The translations under genes and the position numbers were made by a program. A stretch of DNA of 64,000 nt from Opitutus sp. GAS368. Lineage in GTDB: Bacteria; Verrucomicrobiota; Verrucomicrobiia; Opitutales; Opitutaceae. The stretch lies in NCBI GenBank assembly GCA_945861645.1, contig CAMAVZ010000004.1, positions 18,777 to 82,776 on the forward strand. The letters run 5' to 3'. Position 1 is the first letter of the stretch. Each line of letters starts with the position of its first letter. The notes beneath the pieces are model-generated. The model saw nothing but the letters and a program-made list of their open reading frames with translations, did not search any database and was not told the origin of the DNA. Shown in pieces: positions 1-10,190 of the stretch.

Positions 1-2
1 CC

Positions 3-449
3 CAACTCGGGCAGGCGGAGATTGAGGCCGTGTTGGCGCATGAGATTGGTCACTATAAACGCGGCCATATCCCCAAGCGCTTAGTGACGATGGCGCTGAT
101 GCAGTTGGGGGCGTTTGCGGCGATCGCTGGGCTCGCCAACGCGGCGTGGTTTAATACGGCTTTCAATCTCCCCGCGGGTGTCCTCGCACCGACCTTTTTG
201 CTTTTCAGTTTACTGAGTGGGTTAGTGACCTTCTGGTTTTCGCCCATCAGTCACTGGGTCTCGCGTCAGCACGAATATGAGGCGGATGCCTTTGCCAAAG
301 ACGCCATGGGCGACGCCGCGCCGCTCGTTGGGGCACTGCGTAAGATGTCGCAAAAAAATCTTTCTAACCTCACGCCACACCCGCTCTACAGCGCGGTGTA
401 TTACTCGCATCCCACTTTGGTGGAGCGGGAGCGGGCGCTGCAGGAGTGA
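3..449 (+). CDS. M48 family (Ste24-like) zinc metallopeptidase, C-terminal part (5' truncated by the window edge)
   Basis: Frame is open from position 3 (QLGQAEIEAVLAHEIGH). Contains the HExxH motif, SRQHEYEADAFA and the C-terminal YSHPTLVER. Confidence 0.9.
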   Translation, partial: QLGQAEIEAVLAHEIGHYKRGHIPKRLVTMALMQLGAFAAIAGLANAAWFNTAFNLPAGVLAPTFLLFSLLSGLVTFWFSPISHWVSRQHEYEADAFAKDAMGDAAPLVGALRKMSQKNLSNLTPHPLYSAVYYSHPTLVERERALQE

Positions 450-479
450 AATAATGATGGGGCCAGCAAAAATAAAAAA

Positions 480-1487
480 ATGGCCGTGCGCCGCTCATCC
501 TCGATTTTTTGTGACGCCGGCGCTCAGGTGCTAGTCCCGCGCTCGCTCTGGCGGGGATACTTTGTCGCGCTCAATTTAAGTTGGCTGGGCGCGGGGGTAC
601 TGGGGTCAGCCGCACTGACGGTCGCCACATATAACGTAGAGAATTACTTGATCGCGGACCGTTTAGTGGACGGAGTTTTCCGTTCCGCCTACCCTAAACC
701 GGAAAAAGAAAAGGCGGCATTGCGTCAGGTAATTGCGGCGCTCGCCCCCGATATTCTCGCGCTTGCTGAAATGGGTGGGGCGCCTTTCTTGGCGGATTTT
801 CAACGCGAACTTAAGCAGGCCGGACAACATTATCCTTATACCGCGCTGGTCGCGGCCGCGGATCCTGATCGGCATGTCGCAATCTTATCCAAGGTGCCTT
901 TTAAGGAAGTCCGACGTTATAGCGCCGTTCCCCTTACTTATTTTAAACAGCCCGCCAAGGTAAAGCGTGGTATGCTTGAGGTGGTAATCGCGACTGAGGC
1001 CGGTGATTGCTCGATTTTCCTGGTGCATTTAAAGAGTCGCTACACGGAGCGTCAGGATGACCCCCAGAGTGCGTTGCTGCGGGCGGCGGAAGCGGAGGCG
1101 GTGCGGGATTTGGTCTTGGCGCGCCACCCTGATCCGGCTGCGGCCAAATTTCTGGTCTGCGGAGATTGGAATGATACTCGCGATAGTCGCCCGGTGCGCG
1201 CTTTGCAGAAACGCGGCCGCACCGTGATCGGCGAATTGCTGCGCGCGAGTGATTCGCGCGGGGAGACCTGGACCCATTATTATCGACGCGAAGATAGCTA
1301 CAGTCGGATCGACTACATGCTCGTTTCCCCAGCCCTCCGGCCTTACGTGATCGGTGCTGGAGCGACGATCGGCGATGGCCCTGGGGTAGCTGGCGCGAGC
1401 GATCACCGGCCGGTCTTGGTGCAACTCAAGCTCGAGCCCGTGCGTAAAGATTCTGTCAGTGGTGCGCCGGGCCAAGGTGGCGGATAA
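480..1487 (+). CDS. Endonuclease/exonuclease/phosphatase (EEP) family protein
   Basis: Motifs ATYNVENY, HLKS, CGDWND, SRIDY and ASDHRPV. Start codon uncertain. Confidence 0.85.
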   Translation: MAVRRSSSIFCDAGAQVLVPRSLWRGYFVALNLSWLGAGVLGSAALTVATYNVENYLIADRLVDGVFRSAYPKPEKEKAALRQVIAALAPDILALAEMGGAPFLADFQRELKQAGQHYPYTALVAAADPDRHVAILSKVPFKEVRRYSAVPLTYFKQPAKVKRGMLEVVIATEAGDCSIFLVHLKSRYTERQDDPQSALLRAAEAEAVRDLVLARHPDPAAAKFLVCGDWNDTRDSRPVRALQKRGRTVIGELLRASDSRGETWTHYYRREDSYSRIDYMLVSPALRPYVIGAGATIGDGPGVAGASDHRPVLVQLKLEPVRKDSVSGAPGQGGG

Positions 1488-1497
1488 ATACGGCGAT

Positions 1498-1526
1498 AAA
1501 AAAAGCGCGCCAAGCGAGGCGCGCTT
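1498..1526 (-). terminator. Rho-independent terminator for the minus-strand lipoprotein gene
   Basis: Stem AAGCGCGCC/GGCGCGCTT with an A-run at 1498-1504, read as a U-tract on the minus strand. Lies between convergent genes. Confidence 0.7.
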
Positions 1527-1566
1527 GAAAAGAAGCCTCGGCGCCAAGCCGAGGTTAAGGCGGGTT

Positions 1567-2484
1567 TTATTTGGCCGTGACGTTCACGGTAATGGCGCTT
1601 TCGCCGGCGCTGCTCTTGAAGAAGAGCGAGCCACTGCCTGGGTTGCCACCTTGGATCATGACGGTGACGCTGGTCTGGCCGGCGCCGACCATGACTTCAG
1701 GCATGACCACGCTGGCGGGAACATCGGTGGTGACATCAATCAGCATACCACCACCGGGAGCGGGGGTGGGGATGGTGAAGGTGAGCGCCTGTTGTTCCCC
1801 CGAGCGCAGCACGATGGCTGACGGGGATACTTGAAAATTGATGGCATCGACGCGGAAGCTGCCCGCGTCAAGATTGGCGCCAGCGCCAACGACACTGAGC
1901 TTGTAGCTGCGACCAGCATCAACGGCGGGGACGAAAAAGCTGAGCGCGCTGGGCGATTCGAAGACGGTGCGGGTGGGGACTTGGTCAAAATAGACGACGT
2001 CCTGCGGAGTAAAACCGGCGCCAAGTACGCTGACGCGGGAGCCGACGGGGGCGCGGGTTGCTTCCGAACGAATAATATACCGGCTCATGATTTTCATCGT
2101 TTGGAGCGCGGTATAAACCTCGTTGGACTGCGCGCTGGTCTGATGCTCGATCATGTAGTTACAGATAAAGTAATAAGAAGCTCCGGCGCGACCGGCGGGG
2201 ATCTGATAGTCGAATTCCCAAATATCGGCTCCGACCGAATTTTTGGTCATGGGATAGCTGGTGCTATCGATGATAATCCGCGGGGCAATGCTGGCGCGAT
2301 CGATGCGCTTAGAATCGGGCCGGAAGCTCGCGGTGATCGTATAGATCTGGGAGGGATTTTGTGGGACGGTTTCCGGCGTCAGGTTCGTGATCGTGAGATT
2401 GCAGCCGGTCAGCACCAGCAGCCCGAGGGCGGCGGCGAGGGCGGAAAAAAATCTGCTCGCGTGAAGGAAGGGAGTCTTATGCAT
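1567..2484 (-). CDS. Putative lipoprotein with IPT/TIG (Ig-like) domain, cell-surface protein
   Basis: Lipobox VLTGC. Beta-rich sequence with a TIG-like segment (APVGSRVSVLGAGF...VYFD...SPSALSFFVP). Confidence 0.65.
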   Translation of the reverse strand: MHKTPFLHASRFFSALAAALGLLVLTGCNLTITNLTPETVPQNPSQIYTITASFRPDSKRIDRASIAPRIIIDSTSYPMTKNSVGADIWEFDYQIPAGRAGASYYFICNYMIEHQTSAQSNEVYTALQTMKIMSRYIIRSEATRAPVGSRVSVLGAGFTPQDVVYFDQVPTRTVFESPSALSFFVPAVDAGRSYKLSVVGAGANLDAGSFRVDAINFQVSPSAIVLRSGEQQALTFTIPTPAPGGGMLIDVTTDVPASVVMPEVMVGAGQTSVTVMIQGGNPGSGSLFFKSSAGESAITVNVTAK

Positions 2485-2547
2485 TTGTTTTATAGATAGC
2501 CGAGGCCACGTAGGCTGTTGGCAGGTCGTAAATTGACAACTTTCATA

Positions 2548-3762
2548 ATGGTCGAGTTCCCCTCAGGGCAAGAAAAAGCGCAGCCGATATTGCCGCCCCC
2601 GTCCCCGTCACCGCTGGGCGTCTATATCCATGTCCCGTTTTGTGCGACTACTTGCGACTTTTGTGCATTTTATCAGACCGTACCCAAAGGTGATGCGGTG
2701 CGCCGATATCTTGATGGGGTAGAGATGGAAGCAGGCCTAGTGGCGTGGCAGGGGCGGCGCATCAGCACGGCTTTTTGGGGCGGGGGCACGCCCGGCTTAT
2801 TGCGTCCGGCTGAGATCGAGCAATTAGGTCGCACGATGTTGCGGGGCGGCGAGGCGCCCGCGGAGTGGTCGGTGGAACTGGCTCCTGCCACCGTGACCGA
2901 AGATCGGCTCGCGGTGTTGCATGCACTCGGGGTTACGCGAATTTCGCTGGGAGTACAAAGTTTTCGATCTGATCTGCTTGATGCTTTGGGCCGGCAGCAC
3001 ACGCCGGCCCAAATTTATCGAGCTTACGACCTGATTCGTGCGCGGGGTTTTGCCAGCGTTAATCTTGATCTGATGTTTGCGTTGCCCGGGCAGACCGAAA
3101 CTCAATGGCGGGGCGATCTCGATGAGGCGCTCCGTCTCGCGCCGGATCATCTGTCCACCTACTGTTTAACTTTTGAGGAAGACACCGCGCTCTGGGTTAA
3201 ATTATCACAGGGCAAGGTGAAGTTGGACGTCGAGAAGGAAGCCGCGTTTTATCAACACACGTGGGATTATCTGCGTGCGGCGGGCTATGCTCAGTACGAG
3301 GTGTCCAATTTTTCGCGCCCGGGGCAGGTCTGCCAGCACAATCTAAACACGTGGAATATGTATGAGTGGGTCGGGCTGGGGCCTTCGGCGGCTTCGCAGG
3401 ATATTGGTTGGCGGAGCAGTAATCCGGCCGATCTCGCTCAGTGGTTGGCTGACGTGGGGCGGAGGCAACGGGCGACCAGTGATCGCGTCGCTTTGACGCC
3501 CGATTTGCTGGCCGCGGATGCGGTAATTTTTGGTCTGCGGATGAATGCCGGCGTCTCGCTGCCGCATTTACAACGTCGCTTTCCGGCGGCGCCGTGGGCG
3601 CAGTTGCACGATGCGTTGCCCGAATTTATGGCCGGGGGATTGCTGGAGGCAACGGTGGCCGGACAAATTAGCCTGACGGACCGCGGTCGCTTACTCGCTG
3701 ATGCGATAGGCGCGGAAATCCTTGAAGCTTTTGCCGCTTCCGTAAAAACATCATCGCCATGA
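2548..3762 (+). CDS. hemW: Radical SAM heme chaperone HemW (HemN-like)
   Basis: YIHVPFCATTCDFCAF (CxxxCxxC), WGGGTP, RISLGVQSF, YEVSNF. ATG at 2548 chosen as start. Confidence 0.85.
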   Translation: MVEFPSGQEKAQPILPPPSPSPLGVYIHVPFCATTCDFCAFYQTVPKGDAVRRYLDGVEMEAGLVAWQGRRISTAFWGGGTPGLLRPAEIEQLGRTMLRGGEAPAEWSVELAPATVTEDRLAVLHALGVTRISLGVQSFRSDLLDALGRQHTPAQIYRAYDLIRARGFASVNLDLMFALPGQTETQWRGDLDEALRLAPDHLSTYCLTFEEDTALWVKLSQGKVKLDVEKEAAFYQHTWDYLRAAGYAQYEVSNFSRPGQVCQHNLNTWNMYEWVGLGPSAASQDIGWRSSNPADLAQWLADVGRRQRATSDRVALTPDLLAADAVIFGLRMNAGVSLPHLQRRFPAAPWAQLHDALPEFMAGGLLEATVAGQISLTDRGRLLADAIGAEILEAFAASVKTSSP

Positions 3763-4256
3763 TCTCTCGCTATCCACGATTTCTCGGGCTAGTTTTGCTG
3801 CTGGTGGTTGGCGTGGTTGGGTGCCAGTCCCCAAGGCCAGTGGCCCCACCACTGGTGGCGCGATTTTTTCTCGAAGTCCGGCCGGGTGAAGGCGGCGTGC
3901 CACTGACGCTGCCGGTGAGCGGAGTGCTGATCACGGTTAATGCGAAACCCGTGATCGTCGAAAACGACATCGTCAACGCCGAGATCGCGCAAGTGGATCT
4001 AGGGCCCTGTCTGCTGCTCGAGCTTACCCCTGCCGCGAGCCGCGATCTCTATCGATTGTCGGTCGCCCAGCACGGGCAGCGTCTCGTGTTGGTCTTAAAT
4101 GATGTGCCGGTAGGGGCGCGGCGGCTCGAGCCGAAGATGGCGGCAGATGGAATATTGATTTTTATTGAGACGCCGGCGACTGATTTGGCCGAGCAAGTGG
4201 CTCGGCTCAAGCGTACCTCAAATGCGATCACGGCGGCGGCGCGATCAGCCCCTTGA
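3759..4256 (+). CDS. Hypothetical lipoprotein resembling a stand-alone SecD/SecF head domain
   Basis: Lipobox VGVVGC. The segment 'DIVNAEI...LLELTPAASRDLYRLS...GQRLVLVLND' resembles the SecDF P1 head. Overlaps the hemW stop by 4 nt. Confidence 0.5.
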   Translation: MISRYPRFLGLVLLLVVGVVGCQSPRPVAPPLVARFFLEVRPGEGGVPLTLPVSGVLITVNAKPVIVENDIVNAEIAQVDLGPCLLLELTPAASRDLYRLSVAQHGQRLVLVLNDVPVGARRLEPKMAADGILIFIETPATDLAEQVARLKRTSNAITAAARSAP

Positions 4257-4259
4257 GTC

Positions 4260-5339
4260 ATGATCGAGCTATGGTTTAGGGCTAAATTCAGAGTGACCTC
4301 GGTCGGGTGGCTTCGGCGGGCCGCTGCTAGCCGCCGCTGTTTGCTCGGACTCAGTTTTTTTGTGGCACCATTTAGTTTTGCGCAACGCTTGGAGCTGACT
4401 TGGCCGACTCCCAATCGAGCTTGGGCGCAAGGTCGCAGTAGCGCGGCTTGGGTACAGCCCACGGTGTCGGGCGATCCGGAGTCCGGTCTTTTTGGCTGTG
4501 TGCGGAGTGCTGGTGGGCAATTTCACGAAGGGCTCGATATTAAACCCGTGGGTCGCGATGCGCGCGGTGAGCCCACCGATAAGATTTTTGCCGCTCTACC
4601 CGGGGTGGTGCGCTATCTCAGCATCAAGCCCCGGGAAAGTAATTACGGTCGCTATATTGTCATCGAGCATCCGGGCGTAACGCCGGCGGTTTTTACTCTT
4701 TATGCCCATCTGGCTAAAATTGAACCGGGCGTTGGGGTGGGTAGCCACGTCCAGCTGGGGCAGGTGATTGCGACGATGGGGCACAGTGCCGGGGGTGGGG
4801 GCATTCCGGCGGAGCGGGCGCATCTGCATTTTGAGATCGGGCTGATGGCAACGACTAATTTTTCGTCTTGGTATGCTTGGAAAAAATTCGGCAGTACCAA
4901 CGAGCACGGACTGTGGAACGGCATGAATTTAATGGGCCTCGATCCGCTTGATTTTCTCCGGCAATGGCGGGAGCGCCGGGTGGATAATCTTCAGCAATAT
5001 TTCGCTAATATGCGGAGCGTCGTGCGCGTGCGCGTCGTGACCAGCCGAACGCCAGATTTTATCCGGCGCTATCCGGCTTTGCTCCGCAAGCCGTTGCCTC
5101 TGGGGTTTGTCTCGGGCTGGGAAATTGAGTGCAACGCGACGGGCCTCCCGTTTGCTTGGACGCCGCTCGGTCCCGCCGAGGTCGCGGGGTTACGATCAGA
5201 GTCGGTGCACATCAGGTCGGTCGAAGCGGCGAGCGTCCGGGCCTATCGTTGCAAATCGTTGGTCAAGCAGCGCGGATCGAGCTACGCGCCCGGCGGAGAT
5301 TTGCAGACCATGCTGCAGCTAATTTTTGGGCTGCGGTGA
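4260..5339 (+). CDS. M23 family metallopeptidase
   Basis: FHEGLD (HxxxD), YGRYIVIEH, TLYAHL and AHLHFEI (HxH). Confidence 0.9.
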   Translation: MIELWFRAKFRVTSVGWLRRAAASRRCLLGLSFFVAPFSFAQRLELTWPTPNRAWAQGRSSAAWVQPTVSGDPESGLFGCVRSAGGQFHEGLDIKPVGRDARGEPTDKIFAALPGVVRYLSIKPRESNYGRYIVIEHPGVTPAVFTLYAHLAKIEPGVGVGSHVQLGQVIATMGHSAGGGGIPAERAHLHFEIGLMATTNFSSWYAWKKFGSTNEHGLWNGMNLMGLDPLDFLRQWRERRVDNLQQYFANMRSVVRVRVVTSRTPDFIRRYPALLRKPLPLGFVSGWEIECNATGLPFAWTPLGPAEVAGLRSESVHIRSVEAASVRAYRCKSLVKQRGSSYAPGGDLQTMLQLIFGLR

Positions 5340-5356
5340 GGCTCGGCCCCGGCGTT

Positions 5357-5731
5357 TCAACTCTGCGGCTTAAGCTGATGAATCAATTTTTGAAATTCCG
5401 GATTAGATTTCAAACCTTCGAGGTCGGGGTCCTGCTGCATCCAGTCGAGATCATCGTAGCCTAAAGAAATTGCCGTGCGCAGCGCGCGGAGGGCATCGGG
5501 GCGTTTTTTGCACAAGGCTAAGCTGCAGGCTAAATTATAATGGGCGGTGGGGTTCGCGGGTTCGAGCCGCACAAGTTTGCGATCCATGCGTAAGCCATCG
5601 ACGATGCGGCCGGCTTTCGTGTAGAGCCCGCCGAGCAGACCGACGACCTCGGTGTAGCCGGGGCAGCGTTGATAGACCGCTTCAAAGAATTGAATTTCAA
5701 ATTGCGAATCGTGTTTAGCGGGACGGAGCAT
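5357..5731 (-). CDS. TPR-repeat protein
   Basis: Helical repeats with PANPTAHYNLACSLAL and the C-terminal DPDLEGL motif. Confidence 0.75.
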   Translation of the reverse strand: MLRPAKHDSQFEIQFFEAVYQRCPGYTEVVGLLGGLYTKAGRIVDGLRMDRKLVRLEPANPTAHYNLACSLALCKKRPDALRALRTAISLGYDDLDWMQQDPDLEGLKSNPEFQKLIHQLKPQS

Positions 5732-5732
5732 G

Positions 5733-6200
5733 TTATTTTTTACGATGGTGAGGGCAGCGGCCGCTCGATTGAAAGGCGATGCACTGGGCGCTCACTTGCA
5801 GACGTTGAGCGATGGGTTTGAGGCCGAGTTTCAAGGCGACGGTGCTGCCATACCATTCCATAAAAGGCGCATTAATTTCGGAGATTTTGTGGCAATCAAC
5901 GCACACCACTTGGGCTACTTCCGTGGCGCCGCTGCTGGTGGCAAAATAAAATTTCTCGCCAGAGCCAATATCAACTTCGCGTAAAAGGAGGCAGGCGGTC
6001 ATGAGAGGCAGCGTGCGGTACACCGTGGCGCGAGAGACGGAATCGTCGAGCGCGCGGGCTTGGTCGAGGAGTTGTTCCGCGGTGAAATGCTCGGTTTGCG
6101 CCAAGGCGGCGGCAAAAATGGCGAGGCGTTGTTTAGTTACCCGGAGCCCTCGGCTGGCCAGATAGGCTTGGAATTTTTCGCGGGCAACAACGTGACTCAC
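5733..6200 (-). CDS. Fur-family transcriptional regulator
   Basis: GLRVTKQR, HFTAEQL, VSRATVYRTL and CxxC (CVDC). GTG start at 6200 inferred; the ORF is open to 6236. Confidence 0.85.
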   Translation of the reverse strand: MSHVVAREKFQAYLASRGLRVTKQRLAIFAAALAQTEHFTAEQLLDQARALDDSVSRATVYRTLPLMTACLLLREVDIGSGEKFYFATSSGATEVAQVVCVDCHKISEINAPFMEWYGSTVALKLGLKPIAQRLQVSAQCIAFQSSGRCPHHRKK

Positions 6201-6273
6201 GGCGGCAATGTCGGGGCGGCACTTTCGTCCTGTCAACTCGGAAGCGGGGGACTCGGGGCGGCGGGGGCGCGGT

Positions 6274-7656
6274 TTACTCTGGGGCGGTGTAACTGGTGTT
6301 ACCGCCGAACTGTTGCCAGCGACGAGCGACGCTGCGGCTGAGGCCCAGCGCTAACGCTGCGAGCAGACTACTGGCCAGAAAAGTGTAGCGATAATCACTG
6401 CCCAGTCGGTCGAGCATGGCGCCCAGCAGTGGGCCCAGACCCATATTAAAGATGGCCGAGATCAGACTGCCCGCGGCGGCAAATTGGGCGAATTTTAATT
6501 TGGGGTAGAGCATTTGGCCGATGGCCGCGGTCCCGGTGAAGAAAATGCCCGAAACAATCCCATGGGCGAGGAGCACGATGCCATAGGACGGCTGATCGTG
6601 CACCCAGACGAAACCGGCCAACATGAGGCCGGCATAGAGTAAAAGAGCCCCTTGCCCAACGCGGAGCGGGTGATAGCGATCCGCTAGCCAGCCGAGCGGA
6701 AAGGATAGGCCAAATGAGGTCAGAAAAGTTATCGCGAGGTATTTACCATAAATCTCCACCGTCATTCCGTAGCTTTTCGCAGTGTAAATGGCGAACGTGT
6801 TGACCGGGAGAAAGGCCGCGTTGGCCAAAGCGATAAAGGAAAAGACCCACAGATAATAAGGTTTGGATAAGCAATCGCGGAAATAAGCGCCCATCGCCTC
6901 GACCACGAGAGGTCGGCCCGGGGTGGTGGGCGGCGGCGGCGGATAGTCGCCTTCCTTGATCCGCAAGCACATCACCGAAAAGCCAACGCCATAAATAAGG
7001 CCCACGGTGGCTAAAATAATCGAGTAGTTGGCCTCGGCGTGGCCGATGATTTTCCAGTTAAAGAAAATGCCCGCCCCAAGCCCCACGGCGCGGAAGAGGC
7101 CGTAAAAACGACCGAGCCACGCGCGCGGCACGACATCGTTGATCAGTCCGTTGAAGAGCGCGTTGGAAATGACTACCCCGATTTCGAAAACGATCCAGCA
7201 AGCCCCCATGGTTAGAAGGATGGTGCGGTTGACATTGGCGGGGTTGCCGCCGCTCCAGTGGTGGATGGCCCGCCCGATCGCGGGGCTGTAGGCTAGGCCT
7301 AACATTGCGAGCGTCACAAAAGGCGTGGGCCATAAAAGAAAAGGCAGACGCCGTCCTCGGCGACTCCGGTGACGATCACTCCAATAACTAACGATCGGAC
7401 CAACAAAAAAAATAATTGCTTGCGGGATCGTGAGGAGAAAAATTCCGGTAACTAAATCGCTAGCCTGATACTTTTTGAGCATCAGCTGGGTGACGGGGAC
7501 CGCTGATCTTTCGCGCATCATATAGGCGAAATCACCGAATAGCAGCCAAGTGAACAACAGCGCGAGTCCGGCCGTCGTGTAGGTCAGGGTACCGACCGAC
7601 CAGGTTTTTTGGTAAGCGGAAGGTGACGAAGGCGATGGGGTCATGGATGAGGGCAA
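6274..7656 (-). CDS. MFS transporter
   Basis: About 12 hydrophobic segments, with WSDRHRSRRGRRLPF and GWLADRY motifs. Confidence 0.85.
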   Translation of the reverse strand: MPSSMTPSPSSPSAYQKTWSVGTLTYTTAGLALLFTWLLFGDFAYMMRERSAVPVTQLMLKKYQASDLVTGIFLLTIPQAIIFFVGPIVSYWSDRHRSRRGRRLPFLLWPTPFVTLAMLGLAYSPAIGRAIHHWSGGNPANVNRTILLTMGACWIVFEIGVVISNALFNGLINDVVPRAWLGRFYGLFRAVGLGAGIFFNWKIIGHAEANYSIILATVGLIYGVGFSVMCLRIKEGDYPPPPPTTPGRPLVVEAMGAYFRDCLSKPYYLWVFSFIALANAAFLPVNTFAIYTAKSYGMTVEIYGKYLAITFLTSFGLSFPLGWLADRYHPLRVGQGALLLYAGLMLAGFVWVHDQPSYGIVLLAHGIVSGIFFTGTAAIGQMLYPKLKFAQFAAAGSLISAIFNMGLGPLLGAMLDRLGSDYRYTFLASSLLAALALGLSRSVARRWQQFGGNTSYTAPE

Positions 7657-7958
7657 ATCCGGAAAATGGGGTCGGTTGATCTTACTCAGTGCACACTGCT
7701 GTGTAGAAAATGGTCAAGGCGAGGTGTGTCCAGCGGGGGTGATGACGTTAAGGCGTGCGGGAAAATATCCTGACCGGCAAGAGAGTTGTGGCAGGCGACC
7801 ACCTTCCCCGTGCGACGATTGTTCGGCGGCGGGCTGCATTGAGAGCCGTTGGCCGAGTCTAGCGGATGGTGCGACTGCACGGGGGCAGGCTCCGCTTGCC
7901 GGCAGAATATCACGACCGTGCATTGACTCAGTCCCGCGGGCGAACATTCACTTGCAGG

Positions 7959-10190
7959 ATGATTGTGGGAGTTCAGCCCATGGCCGGTTTCGACAAACTT
8001 CTGCACTATAAAGTGCCAGAAGCATTCCGCGCGGAAATACGAGCGGGCTCGCTGGTACGAGTACCGATTAGTTCGCGTCACCACCTTGGTTTAGTGATGG
8101 AGCTTAATGCTCAGCCCGATTGTGCGCTCGAGAAATTGAAATTAATCAGTGACGTCCTGCATGATTATCCTGCCCTGACTCCCGATCTACTCGGGCTCGC
8201 TCGGTGGATGCACACTTACTATGCCGCCCGAATGGAGACAGTATTGGAGGCGATGATTCCCGCTGCCGTACGTGATGGGGCGCGGTTGAAAACTGAAAAA
8301 TATCTCAGCCTCACTCGTATCCTGACCGCCGAAGAGTTAGGCCTGCTCCGGAAGAAGGCGCCTCAGCAGGCCCGGTTGGGAGAATTTCTCCAAGGGCAGA
8401 TCCAGCCCGTAAAAAAATCTCTCGTGCTCACGCGACTTGATCTCACCGCGGCGGTGGTGACGGCGTTGCTCAAACGGGGTTTAGTGCGGGAGGAAACGCG
8501 TTCCGTGGAGCGCGTCGCCTACGCTGATAATTGGACCGGGGGCGAAGTGGTGACGGGCTTGCCCCCTAAACTTAATGCCGAGCAGGCCACCGTGGTGCAG
8601 GCGCTCAGCGCTAGCCTTACGGCGGGAAAATTTGCCGTTCATTTGCTGCATGGCGTGACGGGTTCGGGTAAAACCGAAGTTTACCTCCGCGCGGTCGAGC
8701 AGGTCCTAGCCGCCGGGGGCAGTGCAATTTATCTCGTCCCCGAGGTGGCACTCACGCCGCAAACCGTAGCCCGCTTGCGGGGGCGCTTTGAATCTGCGGG
8801 GCACAAAACCGTGGTTTGGCATAGCCACCTCGGTGAGGGCGAGCGCTTGGATGGCTGGACCGCGTTGGCCTCTGGGCAGGCGCGAGTGGTGGTGGGAGCG
8901 CGGTCGGCGGTGTTTGCGCCGGTGCAAGATTTACAGCTGATCGTGGTCGATGAGGAACATGAGCCCGCGTATAAACAGGATGAGACGCCGCGTTACCACG
9001 GGCGGGATGTGGCGGTCTATCGGGCAAAATTAGCGGGCTGTGTTTGCTTGCTCGGTTCGGCCACCCCCTCGTTGGAATCCTGGGCGAACGTCCAAGCGGG
9101 TAAATATCAGCTCAATATTCTGACGAAGCGGGTCGATGACAAAAAATTGCCCGATATTCACGTGGTGGATATGCGGATCGAAATCGTGCGGCAACGGGGA
9201 TTGGTAACCCTTTCGCGTTTACTCGTTGATCACATGCACCGGCGTTTCGAGCGCAAGGAGCAGATTATCCTTTTTATTAATCGCCGCGGCTATGCCTCGA
9301 GTATGCAGTGCCGAAAATGTGGGCACGTGGAGCAGTGTCCGCACTGCAGTGTTTCGATGACTTATCACCGCGCGGATGAGACGCTGAAATGTCATCTCTG
9401 CGGCCATGCCCGCGGGGCGCCGGCGGTTTGTCCGGCCTGTGCGGCCCCCGACATCCGTTGGCGTGGACTCGGCACGCAACGGGTGGAGGAGGCGGTCCGG
9501 CGGGTATTACCGCGAGCGCGATTGGAGCGAATGGATGCCGATACCATGGCAAAAAAGCATCTCTTCCGGCAAATTCTCGGCGATTTCCGGGCCGGGAAAA
9601 TTGACGTACTTATTGGCACGCAAATGATCGGGAAGGGTTTGGATTTCCCGAATGTTACCCTCGTTGGTTTAGTCGATGCGGATCTTTCCATGCATGTGCC
9701 TGATTTTCGCGCCAATGAGCGGACCTTTCAACTGCTCGTGCAGGTCGCGGGTCGGGCCGGTCGAGGCGATCGGGCGGGGGAGGTGGTGGTGCAGTCGTTC
9801 ACGCCTAAGTCAGAGGCGATTCAGTTTGCCCGGCATGCCGATTATAACGGATTTGCGGAGGGTGAGCTCGCGATGCGCAAAAAATTTAATTATCCGCCCT
9901 ACCGCCATCTCATTCACCACATTTTTCGGGGTCCCAATCAGGAGAAAATAAAATTTTTCGCGGAGCACTGGGTCAAGCAAGTCGAGCAAGCCTTGGGGGG
10001 CATCGTGGAAATTCGTGGACCAGCCCCAGCGCCGATTGAAAAAGTGAAAGATGAATATCGTTACCAGATTTGGTATTTTTGTGCCCGCACCACGGTGGTA
10101 GTCCCCAGGTTAGTGCGCTTGCAGGGCACCGTCAAATGGCCGGACGATGTGATCCAAGTGCTCGACGTTGATCCGATGAGCCTCGTGTAA
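7959..10190 (+). CDS. priA: Primosomal protein N' (replication restart helicase)
   Basis: GVTGSGKT, VVDEEHE, SATPS, four CxxC zinc motifs, KGLDFP and QVAGRAGR. ATG at 7959. Confidence 0.97.
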   Translation: MIVGVQPMAGFDKLLHYKVPEAFRAEIRAGSLVRVPISSRHHLGLVMELNAQPDCALEKLKLISDVLHDYPALTPDLLGLARWMHTYYAARMETVLEAMIPAAVRDGARLKTEKYLSLTRILTAEELGLLRKKAPQQARLGEFLQGQIQPVKKSLVLTRLDLTAAVVTALLKRGLVREETRSVERVAYADNWTGGEVVTGLPPKLNAEQATVVQALSASLTAGKFAVHLLHGVTGSGKTEVYLRAVEQVLAAGGSAIYLVPEVALTPQTVARLRGRFESAGHKTVVWHSHLGEGERLDGWTALASGQARVVVGARSAVFAPVQDLQLIVVDEEHEPAYKQDETPRYHGRDVAVYRAKLAGCVCLLGSATPSLESWANVQAGKYQLNILTKRVDDKKLPDIHVVDMRIEIVRQRGLVTLSRLLVDHMHRRFERKEQIILFINRRGYASSMQCRKCGHVEQCPHCSVSMTYHRADETLKCHLCGHARGAPAVCPACAAPDIRWRGLGTQRVEEAVRRVLPRARLERMDADTMAKKHLFRQILGDFRAGKIDVLIGTQMIGKGLDFPNVTLVGLVDADLSMHVPDFRANERTFQLLVQVAGRAGRGDRAGEVVVQSFTPKSEAIQFARHADYNGFAEGELAMRKKFNYPPYRHLIHHIFRGPNQEKIKFFAEHWVKQVEQALGGIVEIRGPAPAPIEKVKDEYRYQIWYFCARTTVVVPRLVRLQGTVKWPDDVIQVLDVDPMSLV

